Notes under the pieces: model-generated
What the model saw: only the letters and a program-made list of their open reading frames with translations
What the model was told of the DNA's origin: nothing
Databases searched by the model: none
Source: Candidatus Saccharimonadales bacterium
GTDB lineage: Bacteria > Patescibacteriota > Saccharimonadia > Saccharimonadales > UBA4665
Assembly (NCBI GenBank): GCA_035758575.1
Contig: DASTXH010000017.1
Location: 22,945-86,944, forward strand
Direction of reading: 5' to 3'
Length of the DNA: 64,000 nt
Shown here: one piece after another, positions 53,299 to 60,164 of the stretch
How positions within the stretch are numbered: the stretch's first letter is position 1
How the letters are laid out: each line of letters begins with the position of its first letter
Position numbers and translations under genes: made by a program

Positions 53299-53814
53299 AT
53301 GATGTTTGGGCACCACGACGACAATTCACAAGATCAAGGTATGACGCCGCCGCAGCCTATGGGCGATACTATGTCGCAGAACTTGCCCATGCCCGAAAAC
53401 GAAGATGCCATGATGCCCATGGAGCTCAGTGGCGCGGTCAACGACAACGGCATGGCTATGCCTCAGACTTTCCGCCAGCAAACCAGCGATGATACCACGC
53501 TGTCAATGTCATCAGACACGTCCAGCACCGCCACCTCATCGGCGCCAGCACCCACAGCGGCAAATACGCCAGATGACCTCATCAACATCAAGCAGGAAGC
53601 CCTGCAGAGCCTGAAGCCGCTGGTCGGCCACCTGGAACAAACACCTGAAGAAAAGTTCCGTACTACCATGATGATGATCCAGGCATCAGACGACCAAAGC
53701 CTTATCCCTGAAGCATTCGAAGCCGCCAAAGGTATCAGCGATGAGAAAGTACGCGCCCAAGCCCTGCTGGATGTAGTGAACGAAATAAACTACTTTACCC
53801 AACACAACGCATAA
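53299..53814 (+). CDS. Acidic hypothetical protein
   Basis: 171 aa. GGGGGT Shine-Dalgarno-like sequence. TTGCAT-N16-TATAGT promoter-like sequence about 45 nt upstream. Met/Asp/Ser/Thr-rich N-terminal half and a helical C-terminal half. Confidence 0.5.
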   Translation: MMFGHHDDNSQDQGMTPPQPMGDTMSQNLPMPENEDAMMPMELSGAVNDNGMAMPQTFRQQTSDDTTLSMSSDTSSTATSSAPAPTAANTPDDLINIKQEALQSLKPLVGHLEQTPEEKFRTTMMMIQASDDQSLIPEAFEAAKGISDEKVRAQALLDVVNEINYFTQHNA

Positions 53815-53871
53815 CCAACAACTAGTTGCATAGAACAGGTGGCCATACGGCCGCTTGTTTTTTGTTACGGC

Positions 53872-54402
53872 TTACTTTACCGCGCGGCGTTGGCGAACAT
53901 GAAAGCCAATCATAGCAATAGCGCCCATCGCCACCGCTACAACGGCTATGGTTTCCCCAGGGCCAGTATTCGGAATGTTGACGCTCGAAGCTGGAGGTGT
54001 AGTGGTGTCCGTTGTTTGCGAAGGCGTGCTAGCCGACGGAGAAGGTAAAACCGTAGACGGGCCAGGTGGTGGCGTTTGCTGGGTCGTGCTGCTGGAGGAA
54101 TTATTATTTGTTGCCGGGGGTGTAGGATTTGTACTCGTCGAGCCGTTGCCGGTTTGATTTTGTGCGACCTGCGAACTATTCACTGTATTTGAAGAATCAT
54201 TTTTCTTTGGTTTCATGTGGTTCAGCCACAGCCACAATCCGCCCGCGCCAATGATCACGATGATCATAAATATAAGCATAAAACGCAGTGCCGTACGGCG
54301 GGCGTGAGCCGCCACCGCCTGCTCACGGTAATACGGCCGCAGTTCAGGTGGAACGTCGGCCATTTCAGGCTGTGTATTTGATCTTTTGCCAAATAAACGC
54401 AT
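53872..54402 (-). CDS. Ser/Thr/Pro/Asn-rich surface protein with LPXTG-like sorting signal (IPNTG)
   Basis: 176 aa with an N-terminal TM anchor. The C-terminus reads NIPNTGPGE, then a hydrophobic helix (IAVVAVAMGAIAMIGF), then RQRRAVK, which is a sortase-substrate architecture. Confidence 0.65.
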   Translation of the reverse strand: MRLFGKRSNTQPEMADVPPELRPYYREQAVAAHARRTALRFMLIFMIIVIIGAGGLWLWLNHMKPKKNDSSNTVNSSQVAQNQTGNGSTSTNPTPPATNNNSSSSTTQQTPPPGPSTVLPSPSASTPSQTTDTTTPPASSVNIPNTGPGETIAVVAVAMGAIAMIGFHVRQRRAVK

Positions 54403-54475
54403 ATCTATAGTGTACCTCTAGCATGCTCTGATGCAAAGCATAGCCACTTTGCTTTCTACGCTAAATAATATCCAA

Positions 54476-54504
54476 CATCGTCCTGAATTCACTCCAGGAC
54501 GATG
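54476..54504 (-). terminator. groEL-distal hairpin terminator candidate
   Basis: CATCGTCCTG-9 nt-CAGGACGATG is followed by UUGGAUAUUAUUU on the reverse strand. It is the third of three hairpins after groEL. Confidence 0.4.
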
Positions 54505-54594
54505 CTGACTTTTTCGGGGAGAGCAGCCCGAGCAAATGTATTCCATTTGCCCGGCGCGATGAGAGGGGGGCATGCCCCCCCCCTCTCATGCGGC

Positions 54595-56241
54595 CTACAT
54601 CATTCCCATTCCGCCCATGTCCGGCGCCCCACCGCCGCCCTTCTCTTCTTTTGGCACTTCCACTACCAATGCACCCATGGTCATGCTGGTGCCGGCAATG
54701 CTCACGGCATTCTGCACGGCTTCCTTGGTTACGCGGGTTGGGTCAACCACGCCGCTAGCCTTTAGGTCTACCAGCTTGGTTGCGTCATTGACGTTGACAC
54801 CGTGGCCCGGCTTAGCAGCGCGTACTTGCGGCAGCCACTCGTCAGCATTCAGGCCAGCGTTAGTGAGCAGAATGCGGAATGGCTGTTCCAGCGCCTTGAT
54901 GAGCAACTGGCGGCCAGCGGCAACAGAGGTATCGTCGTCGGTTGCGGCAATGGCAGTGGTCAGATTGATGAGCGTTACGCCACCGCCAGGCACGATACCG
55001 TCGGCCAAGGCGGCCTTTACAGCAGCTACGGCGTCATCGACACGGTACTTCTTCTCTTCAATTTCGGTTTCAGTAGCGCCACCAACCTTGATGACAGCTA
55101 CCTTGCCGCTGAGTGCAGCGCGGCGCTTCTCGAGGTTTTCTTTATCATACTCGCTCTTGGCAGCATCAATCTGTTGGTTGATCTGCTTGATTCGGGCATT
55201 TACCTCGGCCGGCGAACCACCACCTTCGATGATGGTTGTCTCGTCTTTGGTAACGATCACCTTGCGGGCAGAACCAACCACGCCTAGGTCGACGTTCTCG
55301 AACGTCATACCGCGGTCTTCGGTGATTACCTCAGCGCCCGTCAGGATAGCGATGTCGTTCAGCATGTCCTTGCGGCGGTCACCGAAGGCAGGCGCCTTGA
55401 CGGCAACCGTATTGAACACACCCTTTAGACGATTAAGGATCAGTGTACCGAGCGCCTCGCCGTCAACATCTTCGGCAATCAGCACCAGATCTTTCTTACC
55501 GCTTTGGGCGATTTTCTCAAGCAGCGGCAGGAATTCCTGGATACTGGATACCTTCTTGTCGGTCACCACGATGGCCGGCTTGTCGTAGACAGCTTCCATG
55601 CGACCGGTGTCGGTAACCATGTAGGCACTAACGAAACCACGGTCGAAGGTAAAACCCTCTACCACTTCGCTTTCCAGCGCCAAACCCTGGCCTTCTTCTA
55701 CCGTGACCACACCGTCTTTGCCGATGGCTTCCATGACATCAGCAATCAGATTGCCGATTTCAGCATCACCCGCGGAGATAGTAGCGACCTCGGCCACGCG
55801 GCTCTTCTTGCCGGCGATGTCTTCGGTCATGGTGCTAAGCTTGGCGATTACTTCCTGCGCGGCAGCCTCAAGGCCCTTGCGCAGCAGCATCGGGTTATGG
55901 CCGGCGGCAATCAGCTTGTTAGCTTCGTTCAGGATGTGGTAGGTCAGCACCGTTACGGTAGTGGTACCGTCGCCAGCTACATCGTTCATCTTACTGGCAG
56001 CTTGCTTTATCAGCTCGGCGCCAACTTTGTAGCCCAACGTTTCGTCGTCTACGTCGCCCAGCTCTACGCCTTTGGCAACGGTAACACCATCATGCGTAAC
56101 GGTCGGTGCGCCATAGCTTTTGCTAATGACCACATTACGACCCTTCGGACCCATAGTGGTCTTTACCGCATCGTACAGAATCTTGGCGCCGGCCAGTACG
56201 CGGCGGCGGGCGTCGTCATCATAAAAGACTTTTTTTGCCAT
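54595..56241 (-). CDS. groL: Chaperonin GroEL
   Basis: 548 aa with AKKVFYDDDARRRVLAGAKILYDAVKTTMGPKGRNVV... and a GGM-type tail (GGMGMM). Confidence 0.97.
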   Translation of the reverse strand: MAKKVFYDDDARRRVLAGAKILYDAVKTTMGPKGRNVVISKSYGAPTVTHDGVTVAKGVELGDVDDETLGYKVGAELIKQAASKMNDVAGDGTTTVTVLTYHILNEANKLIAAGHNPMLLRKGLEAAAQEVIAKLSTMTEDIAGKKSRVAEVATISAGDAEIGNLIADVMEAIGKDGVVTVEEGQGLALESEVVEGFTFDRGFVSAYMVTDTGRMEAVYDKPAIVVTDKKVSSIQEFLPLLEKIAQSGKKDLVLIAEDVDGEALGTLILNRLKGVFNTVAVKAPAFGDRRKDMLNDIAILTGAEVITEDRGMTFENVDLGVVGSARKVIVTKDETTIIEGGGSPAEVNARIKQINQQIDAAKSEYDKENLEKRRAALSGKVAVIKVGGATETEIEEKKYRVDDAVAAVKAALADGIVPGGGVTLINLTTAIAATDDDTSVAAGRQLLIKALEQPFRILLTNAGLNADEWLPQVRAAKPGHGVNVNDATKLVDLKASGVVDPTRVTKEAVQNAVSIAGTSMTMGALVVEVPKEEKGGGGAPDMGGMGMM

Positions 56242-56255
56242 GTCCTCTTATCTCC

Positions 56256-56522
56256 TTATTTTACGGTCGCAAGTACATCTTCCTCTTTGACGAGGATATA
56301 CTCTTCCGTACCCATTTTTACATCGGTAGTGCTGTAGCTCTTGTAGATAATGCGGTCGCCGACCTTAATTTGCTTGGCGTCTTTACCTACGGCTACTACT
56401 TTAGCAACTTTCGGCTTCTCAGCGGCTTTTTCCGGCAGATATAAACCACTGGCCGTTTTGGTCTCGGGTTCTTCGCTTTGTGCGACCACGTAGTCACCGA
56501 GCGGTTGAATATGAACACTCAT
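56256..56522 (-). CDS. groS: Co-chaperonin GroES
   Basis: 88 aa with IQPLGDYVVAQ...GLYLPEKA... and the mobile loop. Confidence 0.95.
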   Translation of the reverse strand: MSVHIQPLGDYVVAQSEEPETKTASGLYLPEKAAEKPKVAKVVAVGKDAKQIKVGDRIIYKSYSTTDVKMGTEEYILVKEEDVLATVK

Positions 56523-56555
56523 TGCGGGTGATTCCTCCGTTATGGTTATATTCGG

Positions 56556-56582
56556 CTAGCACTCATGAAGTGGTAGTGCCAG
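56556..56582 (-). promoter_or_regulatory. CIRCE-like inverted repeat 1 (degenerate) in the groES 5' UTR
   Basis: Reverse strand CTGGCACTA-N9-GAGTGCTAG against consensus TTAGCACTC-N9-GAGTGCTAA (6/9 and 8/9). Confidence 0.45.
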
Positions 56583-56585
56583 CCA

Positions 56586-56612
56586 TCAGCACTCAATATA
56601 GCCAAGTGCTAA
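56586..56612 (-). promoter_or_regulatory. CIRCE operator (HrcA site) overlapping the groES promoter
   Basis: Reverse strand TTAGCACTT-N9-GAGTGCTGA against consensus TTAGCACTC-N9-GAGTGCTAA (8/9 and 8/9). Confidence 0.7.
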
Positions 56613-56623
56613 CCGCGGGTCAA
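56595..56623 (-). promoter_or_regulatory. Candidate groES promoter (TTGACC-N17-TATATT)
   Basis: The -35 TTGACC (56618-56623) overlaps the stop of the upstream gene. The -10 TATATT (56595-56600) lies in the CIRCE spacer. Confidence 0.5.
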
Positions 56624-57345
56624 GAGGGAAGCATGCGGTTAAGCGTATCCATAAGCTGTAGCGCCTCTTGGTCCCGTTCTCTAGTACTAACGAAATTATG
56701 TCGTGTCTTGTTGTAGACCTTCGACTGGTGACGCGTGAGGACGATAAGTTCAAATGGCACTTGTCGGTTGCCTACTGTCGTGTGTAGTTTCGCCTGTAAT
56801 ATACCTTGTCGAACGAACCGTGGGTCACTAGCGCCGTTCGCAAGCGGGCTGATCTCACCTCCTTCGAACTCGCAGCATGCATGCTCTAACACACGCCGCG
56901 GAAGTACATCATTGGGCGTTCGGACCAAAAAAGCATATAAATCACTGATTCTATCTGTCGAGGCAGCGTTTTCCCGACGCTTGACCTTACCAAGGATGCT
57001 GCTGATCTCTTTCGTGCGCCCAGCCAGTTCCAGAACGTTCGCCTCGAACGGCGAATTGCACAGCATTTTAAGCACGTGTTCACCGATGGCATACCCCACT
57101 TCTTTCATCTCGCTCTGGATTCTCTCGTGCTCGTACACCAGTCCTGGAATGAAGCAAGAGGCTTCAGCGCCGCAGCCAAGCGCACCTATAGTTCGAGCAA
57201 TCTCCTGCCGCCACCGGATAATATCCATGACTTCAGGCTGCTCGAGATATGTTTCTGGCGGCTTCAGCTCAGCTTCATAAGAAGACCACGGGTAGTACTC
57301 ACCTGTGGGGGGCGTCATTATGAGTGATTCGTATGGGTTAATCAT
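56620..57345 (-). CDS. Hypothetical protein (unit 3 of the leader-controlled orphan cluster)
   Basis: 241 aa from ATG 57345 (247 aa from TTG 57363). No recognisable motif. Preceded by leader copy 1. Confidence 0.55.
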   Translation of the reverse strand: MINPYESLIMTPPTGEYYPWSSYEAELKPPETYLEQPEVMDIIRWRQEIARTIGALGCGAEASCFIPGLVYEHERIQSEMKEVGYAIGEHVLKMLCNSPFEANVLELAGRTKEISSILGKVKRRENAASTDRISDLYAFLVRTPNDVLPRRVLEHACCEFEGGEISPLANGASDPRFVRQGILQAKLHTTVGNRQVPFELIVLTRHQSKVYNKTRHNFVSTRERDQEALQLMDTLNRMLPS

Positions 57346-57361
57346 AAATACTTTCTGTAAC

Positions 57362-57392
57362 AAAAATCTCCCTCGGGATTCGAGGGAGATTT
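57362..57392 (-). terminator. Intrinsic terminator of leader copy 1
   Basis: Reverse strand AUCUCCCUCG-aaucc-CGAGGGAGAU followed by UUUUUG. It ends about 20 nt before ATG 57345. Confidence 0.7.
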
Positions 57393-57435
57393 GTAGTGTT
57401 GTTCCTTATTTCGTGATGCGTTTTTTTACGCTACG

Positions 57436-57492
57436 CTACAATCTCCCTCTTGCTTGAGGAAAATGACCATGTGGTCGAGAATGTATTGGCAT
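57436..57492 (-). CDS. Candidate 18-aa leader peptide MPIHSRPHGHFPQARGRL (copy 1)
   Basis: ATG at 57492 and TAG at 57436-57438 inside antiterminator arm A. The only two substitutions against copy 2 are synonymous. No Shine-Dalgarno seen. An alternative overlapping 24-aa frame exists. Confidence 0.3.
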   Translation of the reverse strand: MPIHSRPHGHFPQARGRL

Positions 57493-57528
57493 AAAGACAT
57501 CGTTATATGCGCTCCCTGGTTTAAGTAA

Positions 57529-58503
57529 TTACCGTTTGTTAGCGTCACCATACCGCGCTCCTCTGCCACTATCTATCTCGCGCAATGCGGCCTCTGGGTC
57601 TTCGAGAAATAAATGTGCGTTGAGATGGTTTGCGTGGAAAAAGTCTGCCATATCATTAGCGCGCAACATACGGATTATGCGCGCCGCACTCCCTAGGTCC
57701 AGCGCCGGCATACCCTCTGATTGCCTTAGGTTTCGCTCGCGCAAAATATGAGCCAAGCCCACGAGCGCCATCTTACCCTCAAATGTGGTTCTTATAGAAA
57801 AAGCTTCAAGGGTTGCCGTCGCAGGTCCGTCTATTGCTTGGTCGCGCCACGTCCATTTACCTTCGCGCCAACGGTTATCGTGTGCCGTACCCAACACCGT
57901 AACTCGTGGATGTCCAATAAGCTCTTCCACGAGCGGCTGGAATGTCCGGGCATATTCCTCAGCCGCACTGCGGGAGCGCGCCTTGCCACTACTGCCCTTA
58001 TAGCCAAGGTAGTCAACATTATCTAGAATCACCACACCGCCCGCATACTGGGCATGCTCCATGAAACGCACAAGAGGCTCGCGAATGTTTTCGACACCAG
58101 TACGCTTGCCAGCATTCACATGTGTCGATAATGCGAACGTCGGAACGTTATGGACGACTGCCGCTACCTGCAGATCACGCACAAGGTGACTTTTGCCACT
58201 GACAGGCGCCCCCTCCACGAGTACAGATCCGCTAGTCTTTAATCCTTGGGCTATTCCACCTACTTCTGTAAAGCTGCTTTCATCGGGTAAGGATTCTAAT
58301 AAATCACCTAGATCCCCGGGCGTTTCAGGTGTAAACAGCCAGTATCCTCGTCCATTCGCTGAATTTTGTTCGATCTCATTTGGCCGAGCAGCTAGAGGGT
58401 AATTATTTACTGACGTCATAGATGCATATTTAAACACACCAATACCAGACCATCCCATATTTGGGCCATTTGCCGTAGATGTATCGTGTAATTCCAGACT
58501 CAT
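57529..58503 (-). CDS. P-loop ATPase (AAA-like), N-terminal unknown domain (unit 2 of the cluster)
   Basis: 324 aa with Walker A VEGAPVSGKSHL, a Walker B-like GGVVILDNVD and a sensor-like VTVLGTAHD. Confidence 0.7.
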   Translation of the reverse strand: MSLELHDTSTANGPNMGWSGIGVFKYASMTSVNNYPLAARPNEIEQNSANGRGYWLFTPETPGDLGDLLESLPDESSFTEVGGIAQGLKTSGSVLVEGAPVSGKSHLVRDLQVAAVVHNVPTFALSTHVNAGKRTGVENIREPLVRFMEHAQYAGGVVILDNVDYLGYKGSSGKARSRSAAEEYARTFQPLVEELIGHPRVTVLGTAHDNRWREGKWTWRDQAIDGPATATLEAFSIRTTFEGKMALVGLAHILRERNLRQSEGMPALDLGSAARIIRMLRANDMADFFHANHLNAHLFLEDPEAALREIDSGRGARYGDANKR

Positions 58504-58516
58504 ATAATTTCTTTAT

Positions 58517-58548
58517 AAAAAATCTCCCCCGGTATTCGAGGGAGATAT
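58517..58548 (-). terminator. Intrinsic terminator of leader copy 2
   Basis: Reverse strand AUCUCCCUCG-aauac-CGGGGGAGAU followed by UUUUUU. One U-A pair of copy 1 is U-G here. It ends 14 nt before ATG 58503. Confidence 0.7.
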
Positions 58549-58663
58549 GTAGGTGTTACTTTAACTTCGTGATGCGTTTTTTACGCTACGCTACAATCTC
58601 CCTCTTGCTTGAGGAAAATGACCGTGTGGCCGAGAATGTATTGGCATGAAAACGTAGACATCG
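58518..58663 (-). promoter_or_regulatory. Conserved leader/attenuator element, copy 2
   Basis: Same architecture as copy 1: arm A 58591-58605, arm B 58537-58552, arm C 58522-58532. Confidence 0.6.
58591..58647 (-). CDS. Candidate 18-aa leader peptide MPIHSRPHGHFPQARGRL (copy 2)
   Basis: Peptide identical to copy 1 despite two nucleotide changes (CGA/CGG and CAT/CAC). Confidence 0.3.
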   Translation of the reverse strand: MPIHSRPHGHFPQARGRL

Positions 58664-58669
58664 TGGGCG

Positions 58670-58697
58670 ATTATATATACTTTTATAGGAAAGTCAA
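58670..58697 (-). promoter_or_regulatory. Candidate sigma-70 promoter of leader copy 2 (TTGACT-N16-TATAAT)
   Basis: The -35 (58692-58697) starts right after the stop of the kinase-like gene. The -10 (58670-58675) lies 8 nt upstream of an ATG (58659-58661) that opens the alternative 26-aa leader frame. Confidence 0.5.
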
Positions 58698-58698
58698 A

Positions 58699-59502
58699 CT
58701 AGGCAGGCTTCTCTACCGTGAGAAGCCACTCAGGCTTAAAACGAGCATCATTGGTCCACCGCTCGACAATCTTCGGCTGGTCCTTATAAGACACAGGCAG
58801 GTGAGGCTGATAGCCCAGCGCATCGAAATACGGTTCGAGCAGCACAGTGCTTAACTCATTAGCGCGTACCCGATTATCCTTTATGTCTCCCAGGTAACCG
58901 CTCCACAACGCAGAGACGCCCATGCTATACAAGTCGTGACATATACGAACACCAAATTCGCTCTCGGTGACATTCTCGTTGAATACTGTTTTTTCGGCAT
59001 CAAAGTATATGAACGAACCATCGGCTGCGAATGCCATATTCCAGATTTTGAGGTCGCCGTGGGAAATGCCGCGGTCATGAAGCGCTGCTGCGACCGTCGC
59101 CATGCGTCCAAAGGTCTTCGTCAGTCGATCCTGACGTACTCTGTCTTCAGAGCTTGGAGTCCAATCCAGATGAGATAAAGGCCGGATGTCTTCACGATAC
59201 GTCAATAGAATATGCCTATCATAGCTGCTCACTACACCTATAGGCTCTACCACTTTCAAGCCCGGCATATTCTCCTCAGCAACGCTTTCAAGGTTGTCGA
59301 GCTCCGCATGGGCATACCTACGCGCGGCATGGGGCTTTGCGACGACTGGGCCATATTGTGTCAAAACACCCGGAACTACGCCGTGTGCCGACTGGCGCAT
59401 GCCCGCTGCGAGGTGCGTAGCATCAGGAATAAACGTCAAACCCATCACAGAATGGATATCTTCTGCGACTTGCTTAGCATGCATTTCGTACGCTTGGCTC
59501 AT
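58699..59502 (-). CDS. Protein-kinase-like fold protein (APH/ChoK/Kdo/RIO-type catalytic loop)
   Basis: 267 aa with catalytic loop ISHGDLKIWNMAF (HxDxxxxN) and downstream metal-binding Asp in IYFDAEK. No clear Gly-rich loop. Confidence 0.65.
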   Translation of the reverse strand: MSQAYEMHAKQVAEDIHSVMGLTFIPDATHLAAGMRQSAHGVVPGVLTQYGPVVAKPHAARRYAHAELDNLESVAEENMPGLKVVEPIGVVSSYDRHILLTYREDIRPLSHLDWTPSSEDRVRQDRLTKTFGRMATVAAALHDRGISHGDLKIWNMAFAADGSFIYFDAEKTVFNENVTESEFGVRICHDLYSMGVSALWSGYLGDIKDNRVRANELSTVLLEPYFDALGYQPHLPVSYKDQPKIVERWTNDARFKPEWLLTVEKPA

Positions 59503-60071
59503 TGTTTCATTCCTTGGGTAATTTCAGACTGCAAACTTGTAACTACCGATCTTTCAAATAGAGACTTGAACGTATGGGCGATAGATTTCTTCATCCACAG
59601 TTCGTAGGCAGCGGTAGTCACCTCTGCTTGAGTAAAAATGACAGGCGGGACGTAGTACAGCTCGTTCGTCCTCATGTCTATAGCCACATCATCCACTCGA
59701 ACTACCGGAGGACGGATTGGCTGCTGCGCAGCCTCATACAGCAGTTGTCCAATGGCGCGATATATCGGCTTCAAATCCTCAATTCCGGCCGCCCCAAATT
59801 CACGCGTCACTGCCGCCACTGACGCAAGATAGGGCGGCACCTCGTATGTCGAGAAGTCCCCGCCTTCCACGACGCGCTGCAGCGTATGCGGCGTATCGTC
59901 TGACGCTTCGCCATACCCATTCGTATCTCGTACGGCTATATATTCCCGGCCGCCACGCACGTATTGCACCACATCATCAGCTAATGGACGTAGCTCGTGC
60001 GTTGGGTCTACGGGCGTCGGGTTTTCCGCCATGAGGTTTGACCAGGTTTCTGTTGAAATCATCTGGCACAT
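59499..60071 (-). CDS. Hypothetical protein (unit 1, translationally coupled to the kinase-like gene)
   Basis: 190-aa ORF with a 4-nt ATGA overlap with the downstream kinase-like gene. Start uncertain (alternative Met codons at residues 4 and 14). Confidence 0.5.
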   Translation of the reverse strand: MCQMISTETWSNLMAENPTPVDPTHELRPLADDVVQYVRGGREYIAVRDTNGYGEASDDTPHTLQRVVEGGDFSTYEVPPYLASVAAVTREFGAAGIEDLKPIYRAIGQLLYEAAQQPIRPPVVRVDDVAIDMRTNELYYVPPVIFTQAEVTTAAYELWMKKSIAHTFKSLFERSVVTSLQSEITQGMKQ

Positions 60072-60133
60072 ACGATATACGAAATATATCTTTCCTGCAA
60101 TTAAGGTTTTGCTTTAATAGCTTTACTAGTACA

Positions 60134-60164
60134 AATAAAATCTCCCTCGTGTTGAGAGAGATTC
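60134..60164 (-). terminator. Intrinsic terminator of the degenerate third leader copy
   Basis: Reverse strand AUCUCUCUC-aaca-CGAGGGAGAU-UUUAUUUGU. The stem mismatch is a U-G wobble only on the reverse strand. Confidence 0.6.

Larger units (their letters stand above)
57362..57502 (-). promoter_or_regulatory. Conserved leader/attenuator element, copy 1
   Basis: About 140 nt, near-identical to 58518-58663. Contains short ORFs, antiterminator arm A (57436-57450), shared arm B (57381-57396) and terminator arm C (57366-57375). Confidence 0.6.

Noticed and set aside
54559-54589. The G6/C9 homopolymer palindrome as a phase-variation switch.
   Set aside because: It is intergenic, immediately after the groEL stop. 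It forms a stable hairpin, and no ORF or promoter element depends on the tract length. It is more simply part of the 3' UTR/terminator structure.
58609-58854. 81-aa plus-strand ORF spanning leader copy 2 and the 3' end of the kinase-like gene.
   Set aside because: It runs antisense across a conserved reverse-strand RNA element and into a reverse-strand CDS. No equivalent ORF exists at copy 1.
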